Of a stretch of 64,000 nt of DNA, positions 25,623-37,729 are shown in pieces. Location of the stretch: the NCBI RefSeq assembly GCF_006345805.1, contig NC_043001.1:114142001-114206000 (forward strand), given 5' to 3'. The translations under genes were made by a program, and so were the position numbers. Source of the stretch: Octopus sinensis. Lineage: Eukaryota. Numbering within the stretch: position 1 is the first letter of the stretch; each line of letters begins with the position of its first letter. The notes beneath the pieces were generated by a model that saw nothing but the letters and a program-made list of their open reading frames with translations, searched no databases and was not told the DNA's origin.

Positions 25623-27011
25623 CTTTCCATATTTATGCTTATTTATATTTTATTTATTTCAGAACTACCACCACGATATATTCGATTTTTTACCATATAC
25701 TCTTATGTCAGTCTGAGACTATGCCATCTTAAGGCATCTGCATTGGGCTGTTCTACGGGATCCTCGTGGATCTAAGGGACCAATTCTGACCTATGTATGC
25801 TGTGGCTTACTGCCAATAAAAAATATACAATAGGGCCCTGATCACTGATTTACCTAAGGCCCTTTATACTGTAAAGACGGTCCTGGTTCGCATATCAGCA
25901 TATCTTAACATGCGTTGTTATTGAAACTTAGCCTCAGGTCAATTGTGACCAGGCATATTATCAATGGTATTTTGTCTTAGGATAAATTCACGTTATATCG
26001 TTTCGTTTTCTATATCCTGAACCTCATTGGCACCATATACTTACCTACCTACCTATCCAACCCTAAATACCAACATACATACATACATACATACATACAT
26101 ACATACGGGATCCGGACAAATCACCCTAGGACAAACCCTCTAGGGCAAAACACCCTTGGAAAAATCCACTTGGTAAAAATGCAAAAGCGGACAATATCCC
26201 CTCGGTTATATTTTTTTGGCTTTTTTCTTTCTTTTTTAATTGTTTCAGCCATTAGACTGCGGCCATGCTGGAGTACCACCTTGAAAAATTTTTAGTTGAG
26301 TGCATTGACACCAAAAGTTTTTATTTTCTCACTTGTTTCAGTCATTAGACTGTGGCCATGCTGGGTTACGGCCTTGAAGAATGTTTAGTTGCACAAAAAT
26401 CAGCACTTTAAAATTTAGATTTAAAGTGTTTTGTTTTCTTGTCTTTGCACTGAGAGATTAATGAAAATGAGCCGACCTTTTGAACTTTGTTCGACCGTTG
26501 AATGTCTAGCAGAATTAAGTAGTCGAAGGCTAGTCGTTCAAATGTAGTTCTTATCACTTTGTCTGAGTGGTGGTGGTGGTGGTGGTTTGACTTCTCCTAC
26601 ACTCCATACATATTAATTTTCTCTGTCGTTTGTACTGTGTGTAACTTAGACCTATTAAAGTAAATATCTATATATTCATAATTAAAACATTCATCATCTG
26701 AGAGTGTCCAGTTTTTGCTTTCTCTTATTTTTCAGGTGTACATATATAAATATTTTATAGTTCATACCCAAAATAATATATATTTAAAACATTTGATATA
26801 TTTAATATTTGTGATATATTTTTTTCTCTGATTTCTTTATCCGCATAATTGCATCTACATAATACATACATACATATATAGTCATTGGATCTGGTATTTG
26901 TTGTTGACCTATAATAATGAAGGCGTGCATCCTTTAATTTGCTGCTTTTGCATATAAATACCAAGAAGAATCTTGCGGAACAGGCGTTATTTTAACGGAT
27001 AGAGATCTTGT

Positions 27012-27119
27012 AATCACCTGAAGAGACACATCTACACCGACAGATACGCCTAAACCAGATTCTCAGTACCCAACCCGTGAGTGATCGATGCTAGAAGTGT
27101 CGAAACAATTGTAGTCATC
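27012..27119 (+). ncRNA. Type I hammerhead ribozyme motif (core intact, weak stem I)
   Basis: aatcac-CTGAAGA(27018-24)-GACACaTCTA...TAGAaGTGTC-GAAA(27102-05)-CAATTG-TA^gtcatc. Confidence 0.75.
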
Positions 27120-28013
27120 AATACACATTCTCGTATCTTCTGCCTTCTGTGTCTATCATTAATCAAATGCATGCATGTGTGCGCGTGTGTGTGTGCGTCT
27201 GTGTGCGTGAGTTTACTGGTATATATCAAGCAGGAGGGTATCTCTCAGTTATGTTCCAGTTTACAGCTAACCGCATCGAGCAGTATTTAACGTCTGTGAT
27301 TACTAGGAATTATCCCTCACGCTGCAAATTCCTTCGATGGCTAATTCTATGTTCGCTTCACAAGACAATAATATTATCCGGAGTGTATATTACCAATAAT
27401 TATAATGTTTTATATATATATATCCCTCATAGCACTGTATGTTAAACCACTTAATGTCATAAACAGACAACTCGCTTCCATCGAACCAGGAACAAACAAA
27501 ACACATACACTGAGCATGTGCGGTCGAGAATGTATATATGTACATATATATATATATATATATCGTGACGTATATTTGCCATTTGAATATGGCTAACCCC
27601 TAAGGGTGGATGCTACTGTAGTTTGTAGCCCCAGGAGGACACCTCCTCTAGCTGGCTATAGACACACTTTCTGTGCCCTATCTGTATTTGTGAAGGGAAG
27701 CCATCCTTCCCGTCTTCAACTTATGATACACACGGACTCGAGTTTCTGGGTATTGACCCGTCATCGGCGTGTGACAATCATAGTTGTCGACGAGAAGTCG
27801 GTTCCCTTCACAAATACATATACTTTTTCCAGTATCAATTGACACTGATATTGAAAAAGTGAAATCAAGATTTTTTTATGTGTTGAAACAGATATTGTTG
27901 TATTTCGGAATGGTCCTTTTGCCAGTTTAGCCAATAAAAACACACGCACTATATATTTTGTATTACTTTGCTTCAGTGTTATTTATTATTTACATTACTC
28001 TTAATATTATTTC

Positions 28014-28058
28014 GGCCAAAGTTCTTTCGTCACACTCCTGTGACCGCATCAGTGGTCC
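28014..28058 (-). ncRNA. Decayed hammerhead-like motif
   Basis: Minus strand ggacca-CTGATGCG-GTCAC aggagt GTGAC-GAAA-gaac-tt-tggcc; core altered. Confidence 0.4.
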
Positions 28059-29465
28059 TTTGCTTTCTTCTTTCTTATTTGTGTCTCTCCCACTTCAGAT
28101 TTATTGTATTCTTATTTTATGTCCTATGTCTGGATATCTTTCATTACAATCCTGTGAGCTCTTCGACGACACTAAATCCTACGTGTCTCCCCCTGTCCTG
28201 TTTAGGCTATATACATAAGCGTGTGTGAGTGTTTGTGAGTATGGGTGTTGAACACTATATACCTTCGCTCGTGTGTTCTTTCTTTTTTTTTTTGGTGGCG
28301 GGATGTAACTTGAACAAACTTGCTTGCGATTTAAAGCAAATCAAGCGTAATGAAATAGATTCTCTCATATGCTCCTTCCTATAAAGAATGATTCGTGTTC
28401 ACTCACGTTATATCAATTATGGTGTCGCTGTGTATGATTCGTGTAACGTGAGTTAATTAGTCACTTCACTTAAAGTATTACTTAGAGAATTCAACTGAAA
28501 TGTGACAATTTTTCATGACTTATTTTTCCGAAACCAAAATGCTTGTTATGTCCATGACCATTTCTTACGTGGCTTTATTTCCGCTCACCTTTTAAATGTT
28601 AATCTCTGATTGGATGTGTGTATTTTTTTAATGGGAATATCATGAATTTTTGTAATGTTCGTGTTAGAATATTTCCTTAAGGAAACGAACATACTTCTCT
28701 CGCACTCTCTCGCCTTTTGTACCCTCTATACATATAAAGATCTCGGTGATGATTTTATTGTTGTTGATCGTACTGTTCATAGTTACGATGATACCGATGT
28801 TGATGATGATGGAGATGGTGATGGTGATGGTGGTGGTGGTGATGTTGGTATAGAGATATGGTGGTGGTGTTAGTGCTGTAAATGCTGACAATAATACTAA
28901 TTGGTAGTACTGATAGTGTTGGTGGTGATGGCAGTGGTGATGGTATTGGTGATCGAATCACTTGAACTGATGGAGCTAGTAGCGGTCGTGATGGCACTGG
29001 TGATGTTTCTAATGATATTGGTACTGCTATTAGTTTATTGTAGTGACGGAGGTTGGTAGAAGTGATGAAGATGAAGATGATGATGTCGGTGTTGATTCTG
29101 TAGGAGGTGATGATATGACTGTTTATTAACATTCTTATTTTATTAGCATTATTGTATGTGTTTTTACGTGGTAAGAGCAATATCAGAGAAAATGGAGTTA
29201 ATAGAGTTATTTTTCAATACTTCCACTCTCTCACACACACACTCTCTCACCCCCCCCCCCCACACACACACACATCGAGACAAGCCTAGTCATACATACT
29301 TACATAGGTTCAGAAACACAATTCAACACAGTGAAAGCTTTTTGATTACATAGCTACACCGACTGAATGCCGTGCATGCTTCTTCAGCAACAACGGTAAT
29401 AAGAACACTAATATGGACAAGAATAAAGAATAACGATATACTACTACTACTACTACTACTACTAC

Positions 29466-29519
<54 letters not shown>

Positions 29520-30063
29520 TAATAATTTCATGGTTTTATGTTATTGTTTTCTTTTTTGTCTCTTTTACAATTTACTTTGTTTATTGGTGATGATTTCTAG
29601 CTTCATAGAAGATCACGTTGTTGTAATGAAATGTTTGTTGTTGATTGAGTCACCCGTGTCTTATCACCTCAGGTGAGGTGAAAGATACATGACTGCAGCA
29701 CAAATACATAGGTATGTGTACAAGCACATATTTTAGTCAGGCAACGATATCACTAGCGATATTATCACAGAATTACTGAAAGTATTATTAGTACATACAT
29801 ATTTGGCAGGTAAACATCGTAGGAAGATTCCTTTATTCTTCAGCCTTAGATCATAGCTTTTAGTGTCTTCTTGGTCAGAATTGCTGAGATTTACTAGGAG
29901 ACAACTGAAGAGATTCATATACTGGAAATATAATCGAATGTTTACTGGTGGTGTCAGTGGTAATGTAGATGATAGCGTTGAATGTGGTGCTTTGTTTCAA
30001 TAAGCGGCGAGACTTCTTTTAAGACGATGGGGCTGTTACCAAAACATGCTTATAATTGAATGT

Positions 30064-30454
30064 AGTGAAGGCACAATGGCCCAGTGGTTAGGGCAGCGGA
30101 CTCGCGGTCATAGGATCGCGGTTTCGATTCCCAGACCGGGCGTTGTGAGTGTTTATTGAGCGAAAACACCTAAACGCTCCACGAGGCTCCGGTAGGGGAT
30201 GGTGGTGATCCCTGCTGTACTCTTTCACCACAACTTTCTCTCACTCTTACTTCCTGTTTCTGTTGTACCTGTATTTCAAAGGGCCGGCCTTGTCACTCTC
30301 TGTGTCACGCTGAATATCCCCGAGAACTACGTTAAGGGTACACGTGTCTGTGGAGTGCTCAGTCACTTACACGTTAATTTTACGAGCAGGCTGTTCCGTT
30401 GATTCGGATCAACCGGAACCCTCATCGTCGTAACCGACGGAGTGCTTCCATTCC
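30064..30454 (+). mobile_element. tRNA-derived SINE, family A (full length)
   Basis: Near-identical to 11757-12137; 12-bp TSD ataattgaatgt at 30052-63 and 30455-66. Confidence 0.92.
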
Positions 30455-30799
30455 ATAATTGAATGTTGCAGCCATTGCATTGAATAATACTACTGGCAGA
30501 TATCAGCAACAAAGATCTGAAGAAAACTTCTGGATGTATCGTAAACAACTCAGAAATACTTTTAGAAAGCAATGTAGGTGAGGTTGGAGAGTAAGTGCTT
30601 CCTCCCACTATTTTTGCTGAAAAGTCTTTCAGAGTAGCGAATACAACCTAATTTGTACAGGCTTACTCTCAGCATGTCGTTGAATGCTAGAGACAAAAGC
30701 TGGGATGTAACATTTTACCATATATATATATAAGAGGCTGTGTTTTCCAAAATGGAGGTGAACACCTTTCTCCATGTGATCGGCTTGAAAAACTGTTAA

Positions 30800-31678
30800 G
30801 ACACTAGGATATTTGGATCTTTTCCTTTTGAACGGCATATGTCAACACAATTTCTAGTTAACTAAACACTTTTAAACTTCGTATACTGGTAGAATGTCTT
30901 TATAAAACATCATTTTTTCTTGAGAAAATTCTATAGTTTGTAAGATATTTCCACTTTAAAATCGAGCATTTCGGCAATTTTAACCAATCAAATACGTCCA
31001 TTTAGGTAAACAACATTCAGTGCTGTATGAATATGTCCCTCCTTTAAGAAACAGATTGGGCTTATCTACATTTGCGAAGAAAAAATATACCCTTCCCACA
31101 CCCTTAACCCTAACCCTAACCCTAAACCTAAAACAGATTGAAATGCAATAGATCGATACTAGGGTTATAATTATGGGTGACAATTTCATACGACACTACT
31201 ACGAAAATGGGATATTTTTCTAGCGGTGTCAAATGAAATTGTCACCCATAATTATAACCCTAGTATCGATCTATTGCATTTCAATCTATTTTAGGGTTAG
31301 GTTTAGAGTTATGGTTAGGGTTAGGGTTAGGGGTGGGGTTAGGGTTAGGGTTAGGATTAGGGGTGGGGGAAGGGTATCTTTTTTTCTTCGCAAATGTAAA
31401 TAAACCCAATGTGTTTCTTAAAGGAGGGACATATTCATACAGCACGGAATGTTGTTTACCTAAATGGACTTAGTTGATCGGTTAAAATTGCTGAAATGCT
31501 CGATTTTAAAGTGGAAATATCTTACAAACTATAGAATTTTCTCAATAAAGCCAAGAAAAAATGATGTTTTATAAACACATTCTACCAGTATACGAAGTTT
31601 AAAAGTGTTTAGTTAACTGGAAATTGTGTTGAAAACTGCCGTTCAAAAGGAAAAGATCCGGATATTTTCCTACGTTCC
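30800..31678. mobile_element. 879-bp foldback DNA transposon (Kolobok-like) with internal telomeric repeats
   Basis: TTAA at 30796-99 and 31679-82; termini start with purines (GA../GG..); arms are reverse complements almost to the centre (about 31210); (CCCTAA)n at about 31104-31131 and (TTAGGG)n at about 31291-31363. Confidence 0.8.
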
Positions 31679-31776
31679 TTAACAGGAAACCAATGTGGTA
31701 TTGAGCACTCATTTTCATCGTTCAACATTTACGTAAATATATATATACGTGTGTGTGTGTGTGTGGTGTGTGTGTG

Positions 31777-31807
<31 letters not shown>

Positions 31808-33063
31808 TGTGTGTGTGTGTGTGTGTATCTACGCATTTCAATTATAGACGATATATAGTGAACATTCATATATCAATGAAACAAAAAACGAAATGATTTT
31901 CCTTACTGCTTTTGGTAGGGTGGTATGTTTATTGAGTTTTATTATAGTAACATGGCAGTCACATATCTTTAAATGCGAGAGTTATCGCCAATACTATATT
32001 TTGATTTAATACAATTAAGTAAATAATAAATTAATACAAACAACTGGTATACGGCCATAAATGCTGCAGTCAATTTAAATCATATTACTAAAGTTATATT
32101 TAAAGTTATTAATGTCAAAGACAGACATGAAAATAAATAACTCCTAATCGATATGGCAATTCTAATGGACAGAGATATATCTTTTAAAAGAAATGGAGAA
32201 ACTATTCGCTGATGCATGAAATAGTATTCACATAAAAATTGTGACATACAGTCAAAATCTTTAGCTTGTTTATGTGGAATATGAACTTCCAAGTTCAAAG
32301 TTGAAGTATACGAGGTCAATGTCTATATCAACACCCCGTCTAACTATCATTTATCATACACCGTTGGATAAAACACTACATTCAAATATACCTTCAGTTG
32401 TTTCAATTGTTTTTACATTATTCTATGGCATTGTATATCTTCCTTGTGTACCAGTAAAAGGCGTTTTTCATCGCTATAGTTCAAATGTAGATACATAACT
32501 GTCTGGTGTACAGTTATACGATTATAAAACCTACGAGCCGTAGTTTCGTTCGGCTGCGAGTAGAAGAAACGATTCAATGCTTGAGGAAACGACAGCGGAC
32601 GTAAACCAAGTGACTATGGCCAATGTACCAAAACTGCAATATTTTGACTACTTTATCAAAGCCTAGAATTTCTGTACCAGTGACCTCGATAGCAAGGTAG
32701 ACGGACTATGCGCTTGCAGGGTTCATAAACGGAGAAGAATTAATAACATCAAGGACTGAAAAAGAAAACCCTAGCAAGATGTATGGCTGCAACAGGAGAC
32801 TGGATTATGTTGCAAAGAGTGGTCATTGTCTCACGCCTCCTACCCTCAAACACAAGGATGAGATGAGCCGCCTGCACCAGTAGCACGGCCCCTACCCACT
32901 TCTGCCCCACCTATGGGAGGGGCTTCCTTGCCCGGATTGGCCTCACCAGCCACCTCAGGTCTCATGGCGGCAGTTCCATCAGATGATGTCAGTTGGTCAT
33001 CTTCGAACCGAAGGACGAACATTATTATATTATATATCGCCATATTTCATTCTATAACGGCTA

Positions 33064-33125
33064 ACTCTGATGAACGCTGTGTTACATAATCGGACTGTTG
33101 AATCCCCAGTGCGAAACCGATAAGT
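33064..33125 (+). ncRNA. Type I hammerhead ribozyme motif (core intact, stems slightly decayed)
   Basis: act-CTGATGA(33067-73)-aCGCTG...CAGTGc-GAAA(33113-16)-CCGA-TA^agt; stem III is ACCGAT versus palindrome ACCGGT. Confidence 0.65.
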
Positions 33126-33425
33126 CTCTTCAGCTGTAATGGATATATAATACTGGACACTTCGATTATACATATACATGTGTGAGTCTGTTTGTGTGTT
33201 CGTGTCCGTGTGTGTATGTACAATTACATATGTATATATATGTCTGTATGCACATATGTTTGTGATAAAACATATTTAGTTCTATATTTCTATTATTCCA
33301 CCACACAGAGGATCTTTGACCATTGCATATAAAAAATTTAGACGAGAACACATTTTCTATTCAACGTTTGAATTTTCTTTGCAGGACAAATACATATAAA
33401 ACATATAAAGTTTGAATACTGTAAA

Positions 33426-33468
<43 letters not shown>

Positions 33469-33477
33469 ATATATATA

Positions 33478-33842
33478 GGCGCAGGAGTGGCTGTGTGGTA
33501 AGTAGCTTGCTAACCAACCACATGGTTCCGGGTTCAGTCCCACTGAGTGGCATCTTGGGCAAGTGTCTTCTGCTATAGCCCCGGGCCGACCAATGCCTTG
33601 TGAGTGGATTTGTATATATCGTATATATGTATATATATATATATGTATGTGTGTGTATGTTTGTGTGTCTGTGTTTGTCCCCCTAGCATTGCTTGACAAC
33701 CGATGCTGGTGTGTTTAAGTCCCCGTTACTTAGCGGTTCGGCAAAAGAGACCGATAGAATAAGTACTGGGCTTACAAATTTGCTCGACTAAAGGCGGTGC
33801 TCCAGCATGGCCGCAGTCAAATGACTGAAACAAGTAAAAGAG

Positions 33843-33843
<1 letters not shown>
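33478..33843 (+). mobile_element. tRNA-derived SINE, family C
   Basis: Head ggcgcaggagtggctgtgtggtaag...gggttcagtccc, internal microsatellite, tail ggcggtgctccagcatggccgcagtcaaatgactgaaacaagtaaaaga; same family at 36935-37325 and 39285-39691. Confidence 0.9.
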
Positions 33844-33875
<32 letters not shown>

Positions 33876-34081
33876 AGTATTGGTATCTAGAAGACCCAAA
33901 TAGTGGCAGGAAATCTAATGCTATGGACGCACCGTTGTTAAACTCTTGGTTCGATAAAGATACGAGTAAGGAGTCTAATGTGGGTCTTTTTTTAGCATGC
34001 ATATGTATATTAGCCAAAATGGAGTAACAAAGACAAGACTGTGAAGAGTTTTCAGGACATTTATAAGGGAAAGGTTATATA

Positions 34082-34128
34082 GTCTTGCAGCTGTTTCTGG
34101 GATATTATGGATATCCTTCATCAGAGAC
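34082..34128 (-). ncRNA. Hammerhead ribozyme motif in pLTR (U16.1 to C at 34087)
   Basis: gtct-CTGATGA-aGGATAT ccata ATATCCca-GAAA-CAGCTG-CA-agac. Confidence 0.75.
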
Positions 34129-35794
34129 GATGTGAGATTGTTAAATAGTGGTAAACATTTGAGTTCGAGATGAAGAATTATTATATATAGGGAATATAGA
34201 GGAAAAAAAGAGAATGAACGTAGAAATAAGATATAAGATATATAAATATATTGTAGTGGAATTTCCATTATTCGAGGAATGTGTTATATAGAAGTGCTAA
34301 AAATTTCCTGCGCATGGTATATAAGTTTCAATAGTAGTTCATGTTTAGCCATTTCAAAGTATGGAGCCGTGGATTCTGTGTTGTTCATTCGAAAGGATCT
34401 TGCGGGGGTGAATGAAAAGTTGAGAATGTATTGGTAGTATTTGTGGATAGATGGGGAGGAAAGATGTGTATGATTCGAATGAGGAGATAGGTCAAAAGGA
34501 AAACAGGAAGAGAAAATGAGAGGAAGAAAGAGAGAAAAAAAGAAAGAAGAGAGAAATGTGAAAGGAGTGGAAAAGTGAAGAAAGTGTGTAAGAAGCGAGA
34601 AAAGGAGTATTAGTTGGTGGTGATCTGGGCGGAGTCGAATGATCCCATGGAAATGTCAAATAAATTGCTATGGTTATTGATATCGTTATGGTGATTAACC
34701 CGGCACATGAGTCAGTCCTAAAAAAATAAGGGTTTTACGGGCAGTAAGGATTATGTTAATTTCTAGTGGTGTAAGGTTAGTTAGATTCTTAACTAGAAGA
34801 AAAGCTTGATTAAGGAATTTGGGAGAAATAGAAGAGTAGTAATTATTCATATCGAATTGTAGGAAAGAATAAGAGTTCCTGTTGTTTAAGAGATGGAACC
34901 ATGTTATAACTTCACAAAGTACGTCTTGTGATCTTTGATGTTGAAGCGTGGAGGTGTAGGGCAGTAGGTTTCTGTTCGATTATCCAAGTGTAATTTCTTC
35001 ATAAATTTGCAATAGTTGGTGCTGATATAATGAAGGGCGAATGCTGGTGCCAGCTTGTGAGATTTGTAGAGTTGCGTCTTTATGAATTTGTTGTATTCCT
35101 CGATGGTAATAGAATACATATTTTCGGTTTTATCCGAGAAGACGTGTAATTTAGAGGATGAAACGATTCGTTTTACGGTATGTGAACGTTGTTTTTGAAA
35201 GGGGGATATATATTTAGAGAATTTAATTATTCTAATCATATGAAGCATATCTGTTTCAAATTTGTCGAGTTGGAAATTTTGTGGAGGGTGTTTATATGAT
35301 CGAAGGTTGTATGTGTTGGTGTTACTATCGCTTCGTTATTTTTGGCTGTCGTGGAAGAAGGCTTTCCATCACATTCTTCGGAAGAGGTCCTTAGTTTCGG
35401 TGAGGAGGAGTAAGAGAAAAGACCTTTGTGAAGGAATAGGTATGTCATTAAGAGAGATGCCAAGGAAGTGTATCCATTATGAAAGCTGTTATGTTACCTG
35501 TAATAAGTGCTTGTATTAGTGAGGAAGCGAGGGGATGAGAGGCTCCATACTTTGAAATGACTAAACATGAACTACTATTGAAACCTACATACCATATACA
35601 GGAAACTTTTTTTACCAATTCTATACACCACTTCCCTCGAATAATGGAACTGCCACTACAATATCTTTATATATTTTATATTTTATTTCTACTTCCATTC
35701 TATTATTTACCTCTATATTCCCTATCTCCTCCTTTTCCATAATACTTCCTCATCTCGAACTCAACTATTTACCGCTATTTAACCATCTCACATC

Positions 35795-35842
35795 ATCTCT
35801 GATGAAGGGATATCCATAATATCTCAGAAGCAGCTGTAAGAC
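35795..35842 (+). ncRNA. Hammerhead ribozyme motif in inverted pLTR (A15.1 to G at 35830)
   Basis: atct-CTGATGA-aGGGATAT ccata ATATCTCa-GAAG-CAGCTG-TA^agac. Confidence 0.75.
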
Positions 35843-35935
35843 TATATAACTTTTTCCTTATAAATGTCCTGAAAACTCCTGACAGTCTTGGATTTGTTAT
35901 CACATTTTGTCTAATATATATATACATACACACAC

Positions 35936-36008
<73 letters not shown>

Positions 36009-36749
36009 GCTACTGTATCAGACAAACCACAAAAATAAACAATACACGAAACATAAAAAGGTGGTTGTGATTTTGCAACTTGAGAAAATTCTCAGTAAAT
36101 ATCCCTCATAGTACAACGAAAGTGGTGCTAAATACAATCATTCATATGTCTTATACTTACAAAACTTAATGTTTTAACCATTATTCCAAGGCCAGGATGA
36201 TAATGCCAATTATATAATTTCCTACATGCATGTTAATTACATCTCCAAGATAACACTTATGGAAGGGATCAACCGACCAAATACCTTTTATCTTTTACTT
36301 GATTTAGTCATCAGACTGCGGCCATGCTGGGACACAACCGCGAAGAACTGTTTTAATCGAGTGAACCGATTCATGTATTATACTTATTCTTTAAAAAACT
36401 GATACTCATCCTCTTGGGGGTCTACTACCGAACCGCTATGTTACGAGTAACTAAATGCACCAACACCGGTTGACAGGGAGAGTGATGGAAAAATAAGGAC
36501 ACACATATGCGCACGCACGCATAGACATACACATATATATATATGAAATTTAAAATTAATAAAAGGACATGCTAAGTATGTCTACCTACTGGAAATAACA
36601 GTCAAAATTCTTATTATTTAAATAGCTAAAATACACTGATAATAACTACAGATATCAACCGTATTGAAATTATACATACATACATACATACATACATACG
36701 CCATGATAGATCGCTAGCCATTACACATTCTTTAGTTTCTCTCCTTGTT

Positions 36750-36786
36750 TCTTTCTGTGGAAGATCGTAGGCTCGAAACGTTAAAT
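36750..36786 (+). ncRNA. Decayed minimal hammerhead-like motif (A6 to U)
   Basis: tcttt-CTGTGGA-aGATC gtag GCTC-GAAA-CG-TT-aaata, within a ~200-bp repeat-like segment (about 36700-36880). Confidence 0.45.
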
Positions 36787-36875
36787 ACTTTTTCACTTCC
36801 CGAGCGTTATACTAATACATCTGTTTGTTGTCTACACCACATGTCTTCGTCTTTTGTTTTTTTTGTGAATTCTCC

Positions 36876-36921
<46 letters not shown>

Positions 36922-36934
36922 GTGTGTGTGTGTG

Positions 36935-37026
36935 GCATGTTGGGCAAGTGTCTTCTACTATAGCCTCGGGCCGACCAAAGCCTTGTGAGTGGATTTTGGT
37001 AGACTTAAACTGAAAGAAGCCTGTCG

Positions 37027-37103
<77 letters not shown>

Positions 37104-37325
37104 TGTGTGTGTTTGCGTGTCTGTGTTTGTCCCCCTAGCATTGCTTGACAACCGATGCTGGTGTGTTTATGTCACCGTAACTTAGCGGTTCGGCAACAGA
37201 GACTGATAGAATAAGTACTGGGCTTACAAAAAGAATAAGTCCCGGGGTCGAGTTGCTCGATTAAAGGCGGTGCTCCAGCATGGCCGCAGTCAAATGACTG
37301 AAACAAGTAAAAGAGTAAAGAGTAA
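36935..37325 (+). mobile_element. SINE family C (5'-truncated)
   Basis: Matches 33478-33843 from gggcaagtgtcttct onward. Confidence 0.9.
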
Positions 37326-37729
37326 ATAGTATATATATACGGCGGGTTTCTTTCAGTTTCTGTCACTCACAAGTCTGAGGTAGGTCTGAGGTTATAGTAA
37401 AAGACTTTTGCTCAAGGTGACACGCAGTGGGACTGTACTCGGAGCTATCTGGCTAGGAAGCAACGCTTTATGTGGGTATTTTAGATCTCATTTAAAATAA
37501 TAGCAAAATTCTAAAATAATAAGGTATGGAAGTGCTAAAAACAAAATGTTTCATATCTTCACTGAAATATTATTTTTATTATTGCATTTCTGATATTCAC
37601 AGCGATGATATCAAATGTTGAAGTATTTACAGCAACATCATTTACAAATTGAAAAAATAAACAAAAATAGATCGAATCATTTAATTAAAGTCGTTATTGT
37701 ATTTATAATTAGAAATGTCATTCTCATAA

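Larger units (their letters stand above)
34026..35897 (-). mobile_element. Penelope-like element (Naiad-like) with downstream pLTR and upstream inverted pLTR
   Basis: Minus strand fragments SLNDIPIPSQRSFLLLLLTETKDLFRRM*WKAFFH, VFSDKTENMY, PPRFNIKDHK, YYSSISPKFLNQAF..IILTARKTLIF, NLFDISMGSFDSAQI. 34026-34368 is the reverse complement of 35541-35897. Confidence 0.85.
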
